DNA of 61,756 bases, counting the filler, from Choristocarpus tenellus KU-1152 (taxonomy: Eukaryota > Protista > Phaeophyceae): the NCBI GenBank assembly GCA_964200185.2. It is 11 parts of 11 records of this genome, joined end to end, with 100 filler letters (N's around TTAATTAATTAA, not from the genome) between each part and the next. Parts side by side here need not be neighbours in the genome. Positions count along the whole stretch, not along the records: positions 52,499 to 61,756 come from CAXNAD020003836.1; 10 more parts are not named here. One strand, written 5' to 3'. Below are positions 57,401 through 61,756 of this stretch, one piece after another. A program made the position numbers and the translations under genes. The notes beneath the pieces were generated by a model. It was not told the DNA's origin and did no database searches. It saw only the letters and a program-made list of their open reading frames with translations. Each line of letters begins with the position of its first letter. Position 1 is the stretch's first letter.

Positions 57401-60308
57401 AATTTTTTCCCTTTCCTTGTGCCCATCAATCCACAAATCCACCGCCTCATCAAAAGTCTCTCTATCGATTCTGCCCAATTTAAGCAGACTTCCCTCACAT
57501 TGCCTTTTCTTAGTTCTGTTGTGCTGTACCTCAAAATCGTCACTCCCTAGCGCCCTCAAAACTTGATTGTACCACTTAGGGTGGATTTGCCACACCTTCT
57601 CTAAAGCAGCTGCATTGTATGCACCATTCATGCTCTTTAATCTTTACCTCCTTCACAAGGTCAACTATCGTGCCACAACGCTCCCTCCAAACTCAACTTC
57701 TTAGGGATGCAAAGAACCCAAAATCATCGATACTGAGATCAGGTGACTGTGCAGGCTGCATTATGAGCTTCACACTCCAATCCCCCTCCCTCACAACTTC
57801 ACTGAGCTTCTGCGGTGTGTTTCTTCCTTGTATGACAGGTCACTCCGTCCCACTGCCTGACCCACCTCATCACCCTCCAACCATGGCATGTTGTGCTTCA
57901 ATGCAGGGAGAAAGTCTCCGTATATAACTAGAGGTACAACTGGCCTCAATGGTCACATCCAAGTCGTACTACTGCTCCCTTTTGTGGGTTCAAATTTCTC
58001 TGCACCTGCTTGATGACACAAGCCAGATTCCGATCTTGCTGTCCTAGTCGTGGGAAGGACCTGGGCTTGAAACGGCGCAGGTGAACACAACAAACTTAGG
58101 AACGTGACCCTTATGCTGTACCTTGGTGGAGTCCACCCTTTCCTCCCCAGGGAACATGCAGATGGGCTCCCCGCCAAGGATGAGCTAGAACGATGCTTCA
58201 TCGATATGAATCATGTTGAGGACACTTCTGTAATTGATGTGGTTCCTTGCTGCTGGGCTATGGGACTCATGCTGCAGACAGTCCGGGGACTAAGCAAGAG
58301 TTGTATGGCTCTTGGCGAGGTGCTGAGGTGTTGTGTGACGATGGGGGAACGTTGTACCCGCCACCAGGCACAGTGCAACCGCTGAAAATAGGGTCGAAAG
58401 GACCATTTTGTCAGTTCCACTTCTTGGAACAGAGGGCGAAAACCAAAAATCTCCTCCGAATAATATCCAGGGCTTCAATATGAGCCATACATCACTGGGA
58501 AAGGCTTCGTATTCGTGAAGAAATGGCCAAAACAAGAGTGAAAATTCATAACATCACAGACTTAAGGGACAGGGGGAGTATGACCTTTGTTTCCTGTTTT
58601 GCCTGAGAACACAACATCTAAATTTTTTTTGTTCCTTGTGTAACTGCTCCATGGGCACCTGTGGGATGGTTGTCGTGTTGCCATTCACGTATTTTGGTGG
58701 TGTAATTCCTCTTCTGGTTTCAGCTAATAGAGAGATTGTAGGGCATCAAAGCGAAGGAAGTATTTCAGTGGCTGCAATGCACTGGATTGGTGTTCATGGG
58801 CACATCTTGGGTCTCAATTACTGGATCAAGACAACCATTTTGATTCATTCAAACTGCTTCTTCTATTTTGTCTGAGTTCGGAGACTAACTGGTCACTGTT
58901 GTTTTTTGCCGTGCATACTAACTTATCACGAAAACTTTCCTCAGAATCAAAGTACTACCTTTTGTTTCCAAATCTGGGGCAGTATTACCATATTGCTGAT
59001 AACTGAGTAACAAATCAAGCAAAAATGGACTTACGGTGTAATACTCTGTACTCTGTTCAACTGAAATTCACCTCTTGCTTTTTGAGAAGCGACTGCAGCT
59101 TGGAGTTCAGCCTTTGCTTCTCCACACCCTTCGCAGTAAGACTCAGGATGGCCGCGTGTTGAAGAGCTTTGTCAACTGAGCTTATCTTGCGGTATGGCCT
59201 TACAAAATTAATTTGAGGAGAGTGAGTGCAATGATATGGTGGAGGACAACAATGATGGGCAGTCAAAATGTTGGGGAATTTCATAAAGGTGAGGTAACTT
59301 CCAAAGTACAGGAAAATAGTTTGGAATAGCACAACAATGCAAGAGATCTGAAACGCAACTCAAACACTTCCTCCTCCCATCACCCCTACTGAGCTTACCA
59401 CTTTTTAATGTTCAAACGCCGGCACACCCTCTTAATGATGGTAGTGGAGACCCCACATTGTTTTGCTGCCTCATCAATGGGAAGGTGAAAGAATCTTTGC
59501 ATCAAAGGCATGCCAGCCCGGCGAGAGAAGCCACGGGCAGGTGTTGCCCCCTTCACCACCCTTTGATTATTGAAATCCTCCTCTTTCTCCTTGTTTCCCT
59601 GACCTGCCTCGACGTCATCGTGACCCCTCTTCTTCGAGGTGCTACGTTTCAATCTTGATGTCTGTTGTGGACTTCCACTACTTTGCGACGCAAGTAATAC
59701 ATGCCGCCGAAATTCATCTTCCTGCTGCTGTTGCTGCTGCGTAGGGCATTCCTTCCTGAGTCAGAAAATCGAGAAGCTAGTCGTCATTTGGGAAGGGTAT
59801 CTCTAAACATCAACATGTAATGATATGACACCTCAAGAAAAATGTAGCGTGAGTTCCTGACATACATCTGCTGGTCTAAAAGCTAACAGTGTTCTCGACA
59901 GGCGAAGTTAACCGACTACAGGAGAGGTGAGGAATCAAATTTCGTTACTCTGGGTAAGACGAAAGTCGCGAGGAGGACCAGATATATCTGGTACTGCAGT
60001 CGACCCTCGCTACAACCAAAAGGGGGAAATTGAAGTAAGAGGTATCGATGTGGCACAAGGAGGGACATTCTGAGTCATTGCTGCGACTCGACCAATGATC
60101 TGACTGCAACGAACACGAAAAAGAAGGAGGACGAAACGGTTTCACATCGCAACCATCCCTGATCATCCAAATCTAACTAGGGCGACTGAAGAGAACACGA
60201 ACGGTTGTTTTGGAGATGATCAAGGGTCACTGACCTTTTGGTTTGCACCTTTATCAAGTCTTTTAAGAGTAACTCTTGGTCGTCATCCAGTGCCCTGGGG
60301 CTGGACAT
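54488..60308 (-). CDS. RWP-RK domain transcription factor; exons 60308-60249, 60103-59949, 59755-59399, 59198-59072, 56312-56242, 56066-55781, 55102-54488 (5' and 3' ends less certain)
   Basis: MQRFFHLPIDEAAKQCGVSTTIIKRVCRRLNIKKW|PYRKISSVDK is an RWP-RK domain split by a phase-2 intron; six successive GT-AG junctions are phase-compatible. Confidence 0.88.
57296..58578 (-). mobile_element. Mariner-like element (1283 bp) with both TIRs and TA TSD, decayed transposase; lies in an RWP-RK intron
   Basis: TA|CTCCCTCTGTCCCACAAG...CTTAAGGGACAGGGGGAG|TA; minus-strand QPAQSPDLSIDDFGFFASL and LEKVWQ...YNQVL motifs. Confidence 0.9.
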
Positions 60309-61606
60309 CGTTGAGCGATGACTAGTCTGAGGACTTCAGGATCAAAGTGAGGTTGAAAAGGATATCAGCTGGAGACCAAGCTCTTCTTTTAAATTTCGTA
60401 GTCCCTAATAGGTATCGTCGACATATCGTGGGATGTTGGCTAAGTGTTGCCTAGTGCAACCACTTGCATGGAAGTGCAACCTTATCTGATATAGCGCGCC
60501 ACGCATCAGCGCCGTCACTGTCATCTCACCTTCCTAGCCACGTCGTCTGCTATGGCTTGGGTACGAGCGAGCCACTCCTGTTAAAGATGGTGAACTTGAT
60601 ATCTTCAGCTGTGTTCTGCACTTCCCCTCAATCAAAGTGTGGGGAAACTTGGTACAGATTTTACCTAAATTCTCAACTACGTCGAATCGTACATCATGTC
60701 CATTCCCATCAAACATTGGGTCATCGCCCCGGAAAAAACAATAATGAAACGAGAAAACGTTGAGATACCTCAATCATATCAACACACAGAAACAACTGAG
60801 ACCTTTAGAAATAGAAAAAATGAAAACAATTATCTAGATAATACTATAAGATGTGTGTGGTATGCCAATATCGGTATATTTATATACTAAGTTCAATCAC
60901 ATTTTCTAGACATATATCAAAGATCAAGGCAAATACTTCTGAAAAAGATCAATACGTTTGAATTTATATAGAAAGATATATACAATTTCGGAACGTCATA
61001 GTCTCTTCCTCCTTATGTCACTGTAAGGTTTCGTCCTCAGTCTCTCCGTCTACAGAATATTCTATTATTTAATGTGATATGTGGTTCAAGAGCCATATAC
61101 TTCAGAACTTTTTTAAGAGTATAGAAAAACAAGGTCTTGTTTAATAGTCCGTACACTATCATAAAAATTGTAGTTGTCATAACATCACATTACTCTCAAC
61201 GATTTCAGACCCATCATGGAAAAGGTAATACATAAAGGTGACGAAGATCCAACAACAAGGTGACACCACAATAATTCATAGCAAAGAAAGGAAAGGTCCT
61301 CTGCAGAGTCTGTAGAGTTGTACAGTACAAAATAGCATATTTTTCGCGTTTCTGGGATTTTTCAAATGCATCTGTGCATACCTCTTTGTTGGTTTGACTC
61401 TTGACCGACCTAAAGCATATCCTCTCAATCCTGTTTATATCGATATATCAGCATTTCAATCACATATTCCACATCATAAACACCAAAAAACAATCGTGGG
61501 AATACCAAAACAACAAAAATACCCGCTAAAACAGAAATGCTCCACTTTTACACGTAATGCTGCACATTACCCACTATTTTGTAAATCCAATCAAAGGACG
61601 TCAGGT

Positions 61607-61693
61607 ATTTTATTATTATGCCCTCTGACATTTTGCAGATGAGTCAGGGAGGGCGGTATTATTCTATACATATTTTTATTATTATGCCCTCTG
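61607..61693. repeat. Two copies of the dispersed module TTTTATTATTATGCCCTCTGACATTTTGCAGATG (second copy partial)
   Basis: The same module occurs at about 37690-37750, 37791-37852, 26350-26410 (reverse) and, partially, 17525-17545 (reverse). Confidence 0.8.
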
Positions 61694-61756
61694 TGAATCG
61701 TGTGATTCTGTGGCGGCGTGGTTCACTCAGGCAAGGGTGGCGAAGAGAATCACCGG

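Overview
This window is not one locus. It is 11 short eukaryotic contigs joined by ten identical artificial 100-bp spacers (N44-TTAATTAATTAA-N44), so no synteny can be inferred across them. The source is an intron-rich, repeat-rich eukaryote; a bipartite-type plastid targeting signal, TTAGGG repeats and an RWP-RK factor suggest a photosynthetic stramenopile such as a brown alga (inference). Host genes recoverable as phase-compatible GT-AG exons: a signal-peptide DnaJ protein, a CDF/ZnT zinc transporter, 6-phosphogluconolactonase, a putative plastid-targeted protein, PRP6, a lipase maturation factor head-to-head with a complete 5-exon F-box-like gene, and a 7-exon RWP-RK transcription factor. 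Mobile DNA: a scrambled nest of one Ty1/copia family plus a Ty3/gypsy pol fragment (contig 1), three decayed plant-mariner-like (DD39D-type) transposons, a GAG-ended TIR/MITE family seen on several contigs, and degenerate non-LTR remnants. The most unusual signal is in the copia LTRs. All three full-length copies carry a tRNA-like Pol III A-box/B-box module in U3, and the family primes from the anticodon half of initiator tRNA-Met. There is no evidence for CRISPR arrays, rRNA genes or intact tRNA genes.
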